From positions 152,076 through 216,075 of the forward strand of contig JACPEA010000007.1 of NCBI GenBank assembly GCA_016183765.1: a stretch of 64,000 nucleotides of DNA, in the 5' to 3' direction. The notes below the pieces were generated by a model. That model was not told the DNA's origin. It saw only the letters and a list, made by a program, of their open reading frames with translations, and did no database searches. Each line of letters starts with the position of its first letter. Position 1 is the first letter of the stretch. Made by a program: the position numbers and the translations under genes. This document shows positions 28,769-39,011 of the stretch, piece after piece. The DNA is from Bacteroidota bacterium. Lineage in GTDB: Bacteria; Bacteroidota; Bacteroidia; Chitinophagales; Chitinophagaceae.

Positions 28769-29526
28769 CACCAGGATGCACCAACCCGGCAGCAGCGAAT
28801 TACAATCCTGCGGCGGATACAGAAGATTACAGCTGTATATACCTCAAACGGTATGACGGGACTTGTTATGCCTTTCAGGATGTACCACCCAGCGAGATCG
28901 AAGACAAGTCTTTCACGCTCTCGTTTTCGCTGGAAGAGATGGACTGGGTGATGTTCCATGACTACATCCCGGACTTCTACTTCAGTACCCGCAACAGGCT
29001 GTTCAACCTGAAAGGCAATAAGATATACAAGCATAACGCCGGAGCTCCCGGTGTATACCATAGTTCAACACCGAAGTCCTTTTTCATTGACATGGTATTC
29101 GCTGACAAGCAGGAGATGCTCCTGCGCAGTGTTGAGTGGATCACAGAGGTGATAGGTAACAACGTGGAGACCGAGATGTCGACGCTGACCCACATCACCA
29201 TCTGGAATGCTCAGCAGTGTACCGGCCGTATCGCACTGTCCAGCGTGTTTGATCAGCTGCAGTACAGCACACACAGAAAGACCCAGGGAAAGTGGTCTTT
29301 CAACCATATCCGGGACATGGTCAAGACCCGTGGAACTACCTTCCTGCTTGATATATTTAACAATTTTGCAGTGATTAGTAACTCAATTTCACAGACTAAG
29401 CCATGGTATGAAAAAGCCCTGTTATCCGATAACTACTTTGTGATACGCTTCGAATTCGATAACACCAGCGGTAAACAGATCTTCTTCCATGGTGCTGATA
29501 TTAATGATAAACTTACCCCACGATGA
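28765..29526 (+). CDS. C-terminal part of the muzzle/stabilization protein encoded as a separate gene
   Basis: ATGA overlap with the upstream stop (the ORF track starts at TTG 28759). It opens with a GCTNPAAANYNPAA..DYSC motif, then FTLSFS...WVMFHDYIPDFYFSTRNRLF...IYKHN, which resembles the C-terminal part of crAss-like stabilization proteins. Confidence 0.7.
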   Translation: MTPGCTNPAAANYNPAADTEDYSCIYLKRYDGTCYAFQDVPPSEIEDKSFTLSFSLEEMDWVMFHDYIPDFYFSTRNRLFNLKGNKIYKHNAGAPGVYHSSTPKSFFIDMVFADKQEMLLRSVEWITEVIGNNVETEMSTLTHITIWNAQQCTGRIALSSVFDQLQYSTHRKTQGKWSFNHIRDMVKTRGTTFLLDIFNNFAVISNSISQTKPWYEKALLSDNYFVIRFEFDNTSGKQIFFHGADINDKLTPR

Positions 29527-30404
29527 GCCTCATTGCACGCTATAAAAAATACGGATTCGGCAGTTCGATGACCCCCGATCAGATGCAGGCGGCTACAACT
29601 GCAGGTGCTACAGCCGGCCTTGTGGGCCAGGTAGCCGAAGCTGCTTTTCCTCCCAACAGGTACGGACGTACAGCTACGGCTGGAAATGTACTGGGGGATG
29701 CCGGTAAGTTCGGCGCTATGGGGGCACAGGTGGCCGGACCATGGGGAGCTGTGGCTGGTGCCGGTATCGGACTGGTGACCGGGCTGTTCCGCAGTGGAGC
29801 ACAGAAGAAAGCAGAGCAGGAAGCAAAGATGCATGAGAGTTGGGCTATGCAGCAGAATGATCAGGCCAACGCCGCTGCCCGGATCGGTGCAGACCCTTCG
29901 CTTGTGAAGGGTAACCTGGCAGCCGGATACTACGCTGCTGGAGGTGAGTTGAAAGATTCCACAACAGTGAAAGTACCTAAGATCGATATGGCTGAAGAAC
30001 TGCGTGCGATCAATGCCGGGAAAACAGGATTTACTGCAGCGCAACGCGACAGTATCGCAAGTACATTCAATAAAGATGCTTACGCTCAGCACAAAAATGG
30101 TTCCGCAACACCGCTCTCCTCTACAGCCATCCAGTTCAATGGGCCGTCACACGAGAACGGTGGTATCCAGATCCCAGGGAAGAACGCTGAGGTAGAAGGT
30201 GGAGAAACCAGCACAGGCGACTATGTGTTCTCTGAACGCTTAGGATTCGCTCAACTGCATAAACCTATCGCCCGTGCCATCGGCAAGCTGGAACAGAAGC
30301 CGGCTTCTCCGGAGCGTATCAACAGCTTGAAACTGCTGAAAGGAGAGGAGGGCAAACTGAAAGTATTACAGGAATACACCAAGCAACGGCTTGGATTAAA
30401 CTGA
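29523..30404 (+). CDS. crAss-like virion cargo/ejection protein
   Basis: Gly/Ala-rich membrane-like segment (GAQVAGPWGAVAGAGIGLVTGLF) and the motif GPSHENGGI...EVEGGET...YVFSERL typical of crAss-like cargo genes. Confidence 0.7.
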   Translation: MSLIARYKKYGFGSSMTPDQMQAATTAGATAGLVGQVAEAAFPPNRYGRTATAGNVLGDAGKFGAMGAQVAGPWGAVAGAGIGLVTGLFRSGAQKKAEQEAKMHESWAMQQNDQANAAARIGADPSLVKGNLAAGYYAAGGELKDSTTVKVPKIDMAEELRAINAGKTGFTAAQRDSIASTFNKDAYAQHKNGSATPLSSTAIQFNGPSHENGGIQIPGKNAEVEGGETSTGDYVFSERLGFAQLHKPIARAIGKLEQKPASPERINSLKLLKGEEGKLKVLQEYTKQRLGLN

Positions 30405-30409
30405 TCGTT

Positions 30410-31372
30410 ATGAATAAAGATACCGCATTGATGAAGAAGTTCGCTGGCAGGAGACTGTTGGCGGCAGGTGGCCCGGGCGTTCTAGTGAAGGATCCAAAGA
30501 TGCTTACCTGGGTGAATGAACTGACTGGCAGTCCGGCATTGCCTGCTGCTGCGTCTGAGCCAAAGAAGTGGGAACCGGTACAGATGCTTGATCAACCCAG
30601 GATGTTTACACCTGTAGGGTCGGAACCGGCGTCTGCAACTCTGTTTGACAAGGTTCCCAGTGGGGCAGTAGCTGGTAACAACTCACAGGCCACTCAGCCT
30701 TCTATCTGGAATAAGTTGGGTACCATAGCTTCCAGTGCTGCGAAGAACAGCGGACAACTGATACCCTATATCTCCAATATCGCTAACTCTTTCCGCAAAC
30801 CCATGCGGCCTTTGCGTCCACTGACCCTTGATCCGGTTACAGCTGAGCGTGTATCCGGCGATGCTCAGCGGGTAGAAGCTGACCATACCATGCGGACACA
30901 GAACCTGGCAGCGGATCGTAACCTGGATGAGAATTCAGCAGCAGCCGTAAAAGCTGCGAACCTTGCCGGCTCCATTACAGCGAAAAACGGTATTGCTCAG
31001 TGGGAGGCCAACACCAACGCTGGATTGCGTACCCAGGCTAATCAGTTGAATGCCGGCATTGCAGCTCAGAACAACTCACTGCTGTCACGTTACAACGATA
31101 ACCTGGTAGACTGGAACAATACAGTACAGCGTACACAGTCTGAGAACATCGCCAATGCGGCCGATAAATACATCAACATCAAAAATGACCAGGACAAGGG
31201 TGACCTTGAGAAGCGCAAGCTGGGAATATACAGTCAGCTGTTCAAGAACAGTGGTGTGATGGGACGTGCCGTTGACGGTTACAAGACCTGGTTGAAAGAG
31301 AATAACCTGACAGATCCCACCATACAGGCGTATGGCGGTAAGATGACATCACGTAAAAAAGTATTTCGCTAA
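30410..31372 (+). CDS. Putative virion cargo/ejection protein
   Basis: Ala/Asn/Gln-rich helical protein inside the cargo gene block. Confidence 0.55.
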   Translation: MNKDTALMKKFAGRRLLAAGGPGVLVKDPKMLTWVNELTGSPALPAAASEPKKWEPVQMLDQPRMFTPVGSEPASATLFDKVPSGAVAGNNSQATQPSIWNKLGTIASSAAKNSGQLIPYISNIANSFRKPMRPLRPLTLDPVTAERVSGDAQRVEADHTMRTQNLAADRNLDENSAAAVKAANLAGSITAKNGIAQWEANTNAGLRTQANQLNAGIAAQNNSLLSRYNDNLVDWNNTVQRTQSENIANAADKYINIKNDQDKGDLEKRKLGIYSQLFKNSGVMGRAVDGYKTWLKENNLTDPTIQAYGGKMTSRKKVFR

Positions 31373-33597
31373 TGGGACTCTACGACGGATATCAACTGGC
31401 TAACAGCCGGGCTATACCACAATTCCGAGGTTCTGTTGTACCTGATCTGGTACAGGTATCTGGTCAGTTGCAGCAGTACTACGATAAGGCAGTAGAGACC
31501 AACGACTACACTGCCCGACTCATCAACAGCTTGCAGGCTCATCCCAATGACCAGCGGGAGCTGAGTGAATGGTCAAAGGGTTACCGGGAGAAGATCAACA
31601 AGCTTTCTCAGCGTCCAGATATGGAAAATGCGCTGAGAGAGGTCACCATGCTTGCCCGTCAGGTACCAGATGAATACCAGAAGCAGTTCGGCCAGCGTGT
31701 TAAAGATCTCGCGGACTACTCTGAAAAACTCAAGAAGGATGCTGAACTCTATATCACCAGCGGTGGTGAGAAAGGTATCAGTCCTATCACTCATAAAAAG
31801 GCACTCGCTGCCTCACTGTGGCTGGATAAGCAGGCCAAGGAACAGGCTGCAAAACTGGGACAGCCCCTGACCCGGTTCACAGGGCATGAGGTTGTGGGAG
31901 AGATCGATCTGCCTAAGATGACAGACGAGGCACTGGCTCACGTTGATCCTAAGAAATATGGTTTTGAAGTGGTTCAGGGAACAGATGGTAACTGGCTGAA
32001 GAAGACCGGAACGACCACTACCAGACTGACTCCTCAGGAGATCACCGCTATCACCAACAGTTACTTTGATGCCAGCGACAAGTACAGACAGTACTTGAAT
32101 CAGCAGCATCTGTTCAATACTTACGAGAAGGACTACAGCAACATAGACCCATCTCAGTTCAGCGATGGAACGGTACTCGATCGTTCGCTGCGTATGCAGA
32201 ATGGCAAGCCTGTCACTGATAAGAACGGTCGGCAGATCGTCGACACCTATACCGCAACTGATTATATCAAGCGATTGGTATCCAAAGGTGTGGCTCCGGC
32301 AGATGCTATGCGTCAGTTGGATTTTGTGATGCAGGACAAGGCCAATCGCCAGAAAGCTATCGCATACGCACAGAAATACGTACGGAACGATTCTATCTCT
32401 ACCATGGATATATCTGCCAATCCATTCGCACTGAAAAAGCTGGATGATTACGAGATACCCATCACAGCCCAGGTTCTTCAACCTGTCAGCGGATTCCAGC
32501 ATGACTCTCCGGATAAACTGAAGACAGCCATCGACTCAACCGAACAGGCAACCAAGGAATTGCAGAACAATATCGGCGTATGGAGAGCCAACAATGTGGC
32601 TCGCCAGACCGGCCCCATCGGTGATCCGAAGACCAGGTTCTATGATAAGAACGGTACAGATATCACCTTTGATGTATGGCGTAAGGAAGACCTGTACAAA
32701 CAATCTGCGCAGCAACTCAAAGACCTGCAGAACCGCCAGAAGCAGGTATTCGAGCAGGCTGGCTATAAACCATCACCGCAGTTGATCGAAAAAGCAGAGA
32801 AAGCACGTGCTGACGCCTTTGAGAAGAACCGTGCTATTCCTATGGGTGATGGTACAACAACGTATGACGATGATCGTGGACGGTTGGCTGGCCAGCAGGC
32901 TTATGATGCAGTGATGCAGAATACACCCGGTTATAAACGAGCCAAGCAACTCATGGCCGAGGATGCGAAGAACAAATCCGCTGTAGTGGGTGTGACCCGT
33001 TTCAGTAATAAGAAAGTGAACGATGCGATAGAAACTGCCTTTGATAACCTTGTGATAGGACTGGATAAGGGTGACCTGCAGTCCGGTATGATCGGTGCCA
33101 CATGGGCCGCTACCAACAACAAAGGTCAGGCTGGTACACCACTGAATGCCAAGGATTATGCACTCCTGCGTGGTAAGGGCAAATTCGCCGGTACTATGGT
33201 AGATGCTGACGGCCAGATCAAGATGATGTTCAAGGCTGACAATACTGCCCGTAACACCAAAGGTGATCAGGTTGGAGAAGCTTACATCGTTAAAGTACCT
33301 GCATTTGCAGGTGTAGCAGAGTCCATGGTTAAAGAGGGTATGGTTCGGGAAGCTGAGCAGTACATCCGCCAGAATATTGGCGCCATTGATGACCGACCTA
33401 ATAAGAGCGGTATGATCAGCTTGGGCCCGGGCAAAGATGTCCGCGTGGACAGGATTCCTGGCTCAACAGGCGAGCCCGATAACTACCGACTGACCATTCC
33501 AACTACCAGCGGACCTCAGCAGGTATCACTCCCTGACCCCAACGCAGTTACCTCTTACTTCATGAAAATGCTTGAAAACAGCGCTAAACGTAGATAA
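31372..33597 (+). CDS. Putative virion cargo/ejection protein (741 aa)
   Basis: Translationally coupled (TAATG overlaps) between cargo genes. Confidence 0.55.
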   Translation: MGLYDGYQLANSRAIPQFRGSVVPDLVQVSGQLQQYYDKAVETNDYTARLINSLQAHPNDQRELSEWSKGYREKINKLSQRPDMENALREVTMLARQVPDEYQKQFGQRVKDLADYSEKLKKDAELYITSGGEKGISPITHKKALAASLWLDKQAKEQAAKLGQPLTRFTGHEVVGEIDLPKMTDEALAHVDPKKYGFEVVQGTDGNWLKKTGTTTTRLTPQEITAITNSYFDASDKYRQYLNQQHLFNTYEKDYSNIDPSQFSDGTVLDRSLRMQNGKPVTDKNGRQIVDTYTATDYIKRLVSKGVAPADAMRQLDFVMQDKANRQKAIAYAQKYVRNDSISTMDISANPFALKKLDDYEIPITAQVLQPVSGFQHDSPDKLKTAIDSTEQATKELQNNIGVWRANNVARQTGPIGDPKTRFYDKNGTDITFDVWRKEDLYKQSAQQLKDLQNRQKQVFEQAGYKPSPQLIEKAEKARADAFEKNRAIPMGDGTTTYDDDRGRLAGQQAYDAVMQNTPGYKRAKQLMAEDAKNKSAVVGVTRFSNKKVNDAIETAFDNLVIGLDKGDLQSGMIGATWAATNNKGQAGTPLNAKDYALLRGKGKFAGTMVDADGQIKMMFKADNTARNTKGDQVGEAYIVKVPAFAGVAESMVKEGMVREAEQYIRQNIGAIDDRPNKSGMISLGPGKDVRVDRIPGSTGEPDNYRLTIPTTSGPQQVSLPDPNAVTSYFMKMLENSAKRR

Positions 33598-36500
33598 TGT
33601 TCAACCCAAACGACTTGCCAGGACAGGATCCTGGTAAACTGATACCTAAAGCAAGCTCTCCCGGTAAAGGGTTCAAAGCTTCAGACCTACCCACCTTTGG
33701 TAACACACCGGTGGGTAATCCTGTTTTAGGGGGTACCATCAATGACACTTCCTTCGATGACTTCAGGTTCCAGCCCAAGTTCGCTGCCGACAACCAGCTG
33801 CTGCGTGCACAGGATCAGAAGTGGTATGAACAGGCTGGACTGGCGATCGGTAATGGTGTGGCCAATACCGTTACAGGTCTGCTGGAAGGTATGGGGTACC
33901 TGGGTTCGCTGGCAACTGAGTGGGGAGATGACCGGAACTACAGCAACGCGCTGACAGAGACCATGCGTAACTGGCACAACCCGCTGGGTGAGATCTATGC
34001 TGAAAGGCCTGACCAGGTATTCGATCTCAAGGATCCGGCCTGGTGGTTCTCCAACATACAACAGCTCGCAGAAAGTGCCGGTGCCTTTGCGATAGAGGGA
34101 GCAGCACTGGGAAAGGTATTTGGAGGATTGGCAGCGCGTGCTGCTGGTGCCATGGCCAAAGAAGCACAGCTAGGCAGAGCCGCCGTACGGGCAGCAGGAC
34201 AGACAATGTCCGCCGCAACCCTGGCTTACACCGAAGGAGCCATGTCTGGTTACCGGATATACGACGCTGCTTATAAGACCAACTACCAGCGAATGGTAGA
34301 TAAAGGCGCCAGTCCTGAGGAAGCAGATGAGCGTGCCAAACAGATCGCCTCCCACGCGGCGGCCACTACGGTACAGATGAATACAGTGATGAACACAGCA
34401 CTGAATCTGACCGCCTTAGCGCCTATGTTCCATTCCGAAGAGGATCTGGTAGAAACCTGGGCTCGCAAAAAGGGTCAAGGTGCCATGGCGGAAGGGGAAT
34501 CCCTGGCCGCTTACAAATCCCGTTTAAAGAGTGCAGGTTTTGATGACGCTGCACTGAAAGATATACTGGTACACCGCAAAGGGCTGTCATCTCTGACAGG
34601 TGAAGCTCTGCAGGAAGGTATCGAAGAGGTTAATACTCAGTACGCTGAAGCTGAAGGTAAACGAGTGGGAGAGGGTAAGAGCCGGTCACTGGTCGAATCC
34701 CTGACAGATCTCAACAGATACATCACCGACGTTACCAACGAAGAGGGCGCACTCAACTTCGTTCTGGGTTCTCTGGGTGGTGTGGCTCAGACCGCACTGC
34801 TGGACAGGATCCCGATACACCGGGTACCGGTAACAGGTGCTGACGGCAAGCCTCTGGTCACCAAGGACAGTGAGGGTAATGAGAAATACCAGACCAGACT
34901 GGTAACGGCCAGAACTGCCAATGAATTCGGTGTACGTGAATACTTCACCGGCATCAAGGACAGCCTGCTCAAGGATGTCAATCATATCGAGGATCTGAAC
35001 GCAAGGCTGATCAAAGCTGTTACAGCGAAAGATGAAGTGGCAGCTGCCAACCTACGGGATGAACTCTTTGCTGTTGGTGCACTGGACAGTGTCACCAAAG
35101 GACTGGCTGAGAACTGGAAACAACAATACCGCAATATTGCTGAGGTCGACAACAGCAAGGATCTGGCCCGGGAACTGGACCAGCCTATCGAGACTCTGAA
35201 GACACAGTTGACTGAAGCGCAACAGCAGGCAGCACCTGCCGAAGAGATAGCTGCCATACAACAGCAACTGAGCGATCAGATCAAACAGCAGACAGAGCTG
35301 GAAGGGAAGACAGACGCTATACTGAAGGGTTATGCCAAGGATATGAAAGACATGTCCTACAAGCAGAAGGCTGAAAGAGCGATCGCTGATCTGGATGCGC
35401 TGCACAATATGCACCAGCAGGTTCAAAGAGACCTGGTAGATCAGTTCAATCCGGTTACAGCAGAGCTGGCCGACCACGTATTCCTACGCAAGGCTGACCT
35501 GTATCTGCGGAAGAACAACCTCAACCGGTTCAAGGAAGAGCTGGATGCGATGGAGCTTGCAGAGCTGGACGCTTCAGCAGACACGGTAGAGCGAGAACGT
35601 TTACGACACCTCAACTACGCCGGTGCCTGGGAGCGTACCTCCAAAAAGATGCAGGAGGACGTGAACCAGATGCAGACGTTGGCCAAGCGCATCAGTGACG
35701 GTGATACTGCCGCTGTACGCGAGTTAACACGGATACTGAGTAAGTATCGCCCGGTAGGATACAATGAGACTGACCTGGGTTCCGCTGTAAAAGCAGCTGT
35801 GGATAGTATCAATCGACGCTATGCACAGATGGAAGCCAGCATCAAGAAATCCGAAGAGGATCTGAAAACCCTTTCTGGTTTCTCTGCCTGGCTGGAACGT
35901 AATCCGGGCAAGACCTGGAAGGACTTCATGAGTGATGTATCCGGTAACCAGATATTTGAGATACGTAAATCCAACTACGATCGTGCTGTAGCTGAGCATG
36001 CCATTGCAGAGGAGAATCTGCAGCATGTCCTCTCAGCGAAAGGTCAGCAGGAGTTCATACAACGCGCAACAGAGCATCGCAACCAGTTGGTGGCTGAGCT
36101 GAACAAGAAGAATCAGACCTACAACGACGCGATGCTGTTGAAGATGCAGGACAAGAAGGCGGTAGCTGAGATGTCCGTGAAGAGTAAGACCGTACTGGCC
36201 CAAAAGCTGGAGAAGCAGTTAGCTGATAAAACCAGTGAGCTCAATGAGCTGGTAGATAAGCTGAATGGTATTAACCGTGAACTGAAAGAACTGGGTGTAC
36301 ATGGCATACTGAAGCTCAATAAGGTCATTCCACTGAAGCAACAGCAGACCAGGCTCAAGCGGGAGATCACCTCTGTGCAGACACAGATCGATTCTCTGCG
36401 TGAGCAGCTGGCCCTGCTGGATGCCAAGATAGATGCCGGTATCGCACAGGCAGCTGAGCCTGTAACACCGGAAAACGTAGAAGAGACCCCTGAACCCAAT

Positions 36501-38852
36501 CCGGAAGATTATATTCAGGAACAGCCGGAAGATGACGGCATTCCGCACCCGGACGAGAAACCAAAGTCATCTTACACAGCGGACGATTTCCAACTGGACC
36601 CTGACAACCCTGAAGATGCCTACATCATGTTTTGGGATACACTATCTCCCGCAGCCGGTGAGGCACTGGAGAGATTGCAGAATGAGATGGTCAAGAGCGT
36701 ATTCAGCCTCAACAGGTACAACCAGATCATGAGCCCTCTGGTAAAAGCCGGACAGATCACCGAAGAGCAGAAGTCTGAAGGTGCCGTCGTGCTGCGCCAG
36801 TATCTGGAGCACCTCAAGCAGCCTGCAGAAACCATGGCAACTCAGCCTGTAGTCGACGTAACCGAAAGTACCGGACTGGCTGCAGATGAGTATGTAGAAC
36901 CGTTCCCGGCTGAGAGTGAAGAGATATTCATCAATGATTCGCTGGCAAACGAAGACGAGCTGACCAGCGATTTCTTCTACGAAGATGTGGAGGTCAATAA
37001 GACCGCTGATGCTATCTCAGCAGCAACCAGTGGCATCAAATATGTAGAGGGCGTAATTCCTGGTACCGATAAGGTAGTTATCCGTACAGAATACAACGAG
37101 GACGGTGGTCCGGCGCTGGATCCGCAGAGTAGTAAAGCTCTGTTGATCCATAATAAGGTACAGAAGGGAGATGAAGTCATTTTACAGGTAGACAAGGATT
37201 ACAAGGGAACCCGTAGGGTAATGAATCGTCTGGCCACCGATGAAGATGGTAACCCGGCGATGGAGGATGACAGCTTCGATCAGTATACAGATGGTACCTC
37301 CATCCGCATGACCACCAAGCCCGGAGAGAACTGGGCTGGTTTTGCAGATGTGCCCATCAAGATCATACACAAGAAAACCGGGGAAGTCATCGGTTATCTG
37401 CGTACGGCCAGCTGGGTCAATCAGACCAAGGGTGCCGGCAATTACCGCAACATGACCGACCTGTTTCCAGCCGATGAGAACGGTAACCGGATGGAAGGTA
37501 ACGTGCAGTTTCAGACCGACAGGTTACTGGCTATCCGCAAGAAGATCGCACACGGCTGGAACAAAGACAAGAACTACACCATCACAACCCGTATCACAGC
37601 ACGCGGTAAGGGATATGTGTTCCATAACGGGGAGCTGACTGAGAGTACCTTACGCGAGAAGGTGAAGCTTCGCCAGGCCAGCAACAGTTTATCTGACCCT
37701 AATCTGGTATTCGGTATCGCGCACAAGATCAGTGACTCACTGACATTTGGCGTTGACCGTGGGGTGCCTTTTGATGGACCCTTGCAGGAGCTGACTGAGA
37801 AGCAGAAGCAGAAGTTCGCTGGTGCTCCTGTGGTGTTCTTACCGATGCCAGATGGCAGCCACAAGGTGCAGCCGCTGCTCACAGCGAAATTCGATACCCG
37901 TGGTCGTGACATGAACACCCTGTTGCGAGCCATAGAGCTGCATCTGCAGGCCGGTGTCGCTGAGGATGCGTTGTTTACCAAGCACATGGAGCTGATGGAT
38001 AAGACCGGATTCGATATCCGCACCAAAGAAGGCCTGCAGAATCTGATCAACCAACACTACACCTTCACCAACCAGTTCAAGGATGGAACTACAGCTGTGG
38101 ACGCTCCGGCTATCAATGGTAAGAAAGAGCTGCAGTTCATGTTTGCTGTTACCGGGGATGAGACCAACGTCAAAGCCCTCATCAAAGCCGGCGTTGCTTT
38201 TGGCGGGAAACTGGCCAAGGCACAGCTGGTCGACGGTAAGCTCAGTGATGACTTTGTTTCGCTGATGAAGAGTGGGTTTGAAGGTAAGCTGGATGGTCGG
38301 CCTCGCTTTAAGACCGTCACCTTCACCAAAGGTGATATCAAAGGAGTCAATAATAATTCTCCGATAACCGAAGTGGGTATCAACGTAGATGGAAAGACCT
38401 GGTCAAAGACCCACCCCAATTACAATGCCTACCTGAAAAGCTTCACCCGTACCAGTGTGTACGGTAAGCACCAGGTTAACGGAACCTACGTATACGGAGC
38501 GAACTCGTCAGTGATACTGGACGATGGTCCAATATTCGCTCAGTCTGAGGTGAAGGTAGTAGCGTCACCTGCAGAACTGCCTACAGGCGATGGCGCCAAC
38601 GAAGAACTCAGCGCTGAAGAAATCGCAGCACTGATGGAGAGTACCCGCAATGCAAGTCTGTTCGCACCGAGTGCTATCAAGCCGGTTATCCAGCCTGTGG
38701 GTGAGGAGCTGACGTACGAGAACCTGAAGAAGCTGCAAGATCTGGTGGCGGACCCTAACGGGTTACCTGTATATGAGGTACTGGAAAGGTTACAGAAGTT
38801 GGGAATCACACATATTCCGGATGGATATAATCCATTCGTAAAGTGCTCATGA
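33597..38852 (+). CDS. Large virion cargo protein (1751 aa) preceding the virion RNA polymerase
   Basis: N-terminal membrane-like segments, EALQEGIEEVNTQY motif, long coiled coils and an acidic linker. The position matches the large co-ejected proteins of crAss-like phages. Confidence 0.65.
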   Translation: MFNPNDLPGQDPGKLIPKASSPGKGFKASDLPTFGNTPVGNPVLGGTINDTSFDDFRFQPKFAADNQLLRAQDQKWYEQAGLAIGNGVANTVTGLLEGMGYLGSLATEWGDDRNYSNALTETMRNWHNPLGEIYAERPDQVFDLKDPAWWFSNIQQLAESAGAFAIEGAALGKVFGGLAARAAGAMAKEAQLGRAAVRAAGQTMSAATLAYTEGAMSGYRIYDAAYKTNYQRMVDKGASPEEADERAKQIASHAAATTVQMNTVMNTALNLTALAPMFHSEEDLVETWARKKGQGAMAEGESLAAYKSRLKSAGFDDAALKDILVHRKGLSSLTGEALQEGIEEVNTQYAEAEGKRVGEGKSRSLVESLTDLNRYITDVTNEEGALNFVLGSLGGVAQTALLDRIPIHRVPVTGADGKPLVTKDSEGNEKYQTRLVTARTANEFGVREYFTGIKDSLLKDVNHIEDLNARLIKAVTAKDEVAAANLRDELFAVGALDSVTKGLAENWKQQYRNIAEVDNSKDLARELDQPIETLKTQLTEAQQQAAPAEEIAAIQQQLSDQIKQQTELEGKTDAILKGYAKDMKDMSYKQKAERAIADLDALHNMHQQVQRDLVDQFNPVTAELADHVFLRKADLYLRKNNLNRFKEELDAMELAELDASADTVERERLRHLNYAGAWERTSKKMQEDVNQMQTLAKRISDGDTAAVRELTRILSKYRPVGYNETDLGSAVKAAVDSINRRYAQMEASIKKSEEDLKTLSGFSAWLERNPGKTWKDFMSDVSGNQIFEIRKSNYDRAVAEHAIAEENLQHVLSAKGQQEFIQRATEHRNQLVAELNKKNQTYNDAMLLKMQDKKAVAEMSVKSKTVLAQKLEKQLADKTSELNELVDKLNGINRELKELGVHGILKLNKVIPLKQQQTRLKREITSVQTQIDSLREQLALLDAKIDAGIAQAAEPVTPENVEETPEPNPEDYIQEQPEDDGIPHPDEKPKSSYTADDFQLDPDNPEDAYIMFWDTLSPAAGEALERLQNEMVKSVFSLNRYNQIMSPLVKAGQITEEQKSEGAVVLRQYLEHLKQPAETMATQPVVDVTESTGLAADEYVEPFPAESEEIFINDSLANEDELTSDFFYEDVEVNKTADAISAATSGIKYVEGVIPGTDKVVIRTEYNEDGGPALDPQSSKALLIHNKVQKGDEVILQVDKDYKGTRRVMNRLATDEDGNPAMEDDSFDQYTDGTSIRMTTKPGENWAGFADVPIKIIHKKTGEVIGYLRTASWVNQTKGAGNYRNMTDLFPADENGNRMEGNVQFQTDRLLAIRKKIAHGWNKDKNYTITTRITARGKGYVFHNGELTESTLREKVKLRQASNSLSDPNLVFGIAHKISDSLTFGVDRGVPFDGPLQELTEKQKQKFAGAPVVFLPMPDGSHKVQPLLTAKFDTRGRDMNTLLRAIELHLQAGVAEDALFTKHMELMDKTGFDIRTKEGLQNLINQHYTFTNQFKDGTTAVDAPAINGKKELQFMFAVTGDETNVKALIKAGVAFGGKLAKAQLVDGKLSDDFVSLMKSGFEGKLDGRPRFKTVTFTKGDIKGVNNNSPITEVGINVDGKTWSKTHPNYNAYLKSFTRTSVYGKHQVNGTYVYGANSSVILDDGPIFAQSEVKVVASPAELPTGDGANEELSAEEIAALMESTRNASLFAPSAIKPVIQPVGEELTYENLKKLQDLVADPNGLPVYEVLERLQKLGITHIPDGYNPFVKCS

Positions 38853-39011
38853 TTTCTTTCGTGGCCACACAGCGTAGACAAATATCACCAGTAGTAAAAT
38901 TCCAAAAGCTTTGAGCCAAGAGAGCACCAGAGGATTCATAGCATGAGTTTAAATGGGGTAGAAAGATAGGTAACTATCCTTAAATTTAAAAACAGTATTA
39001 ATTGTAAGTGT

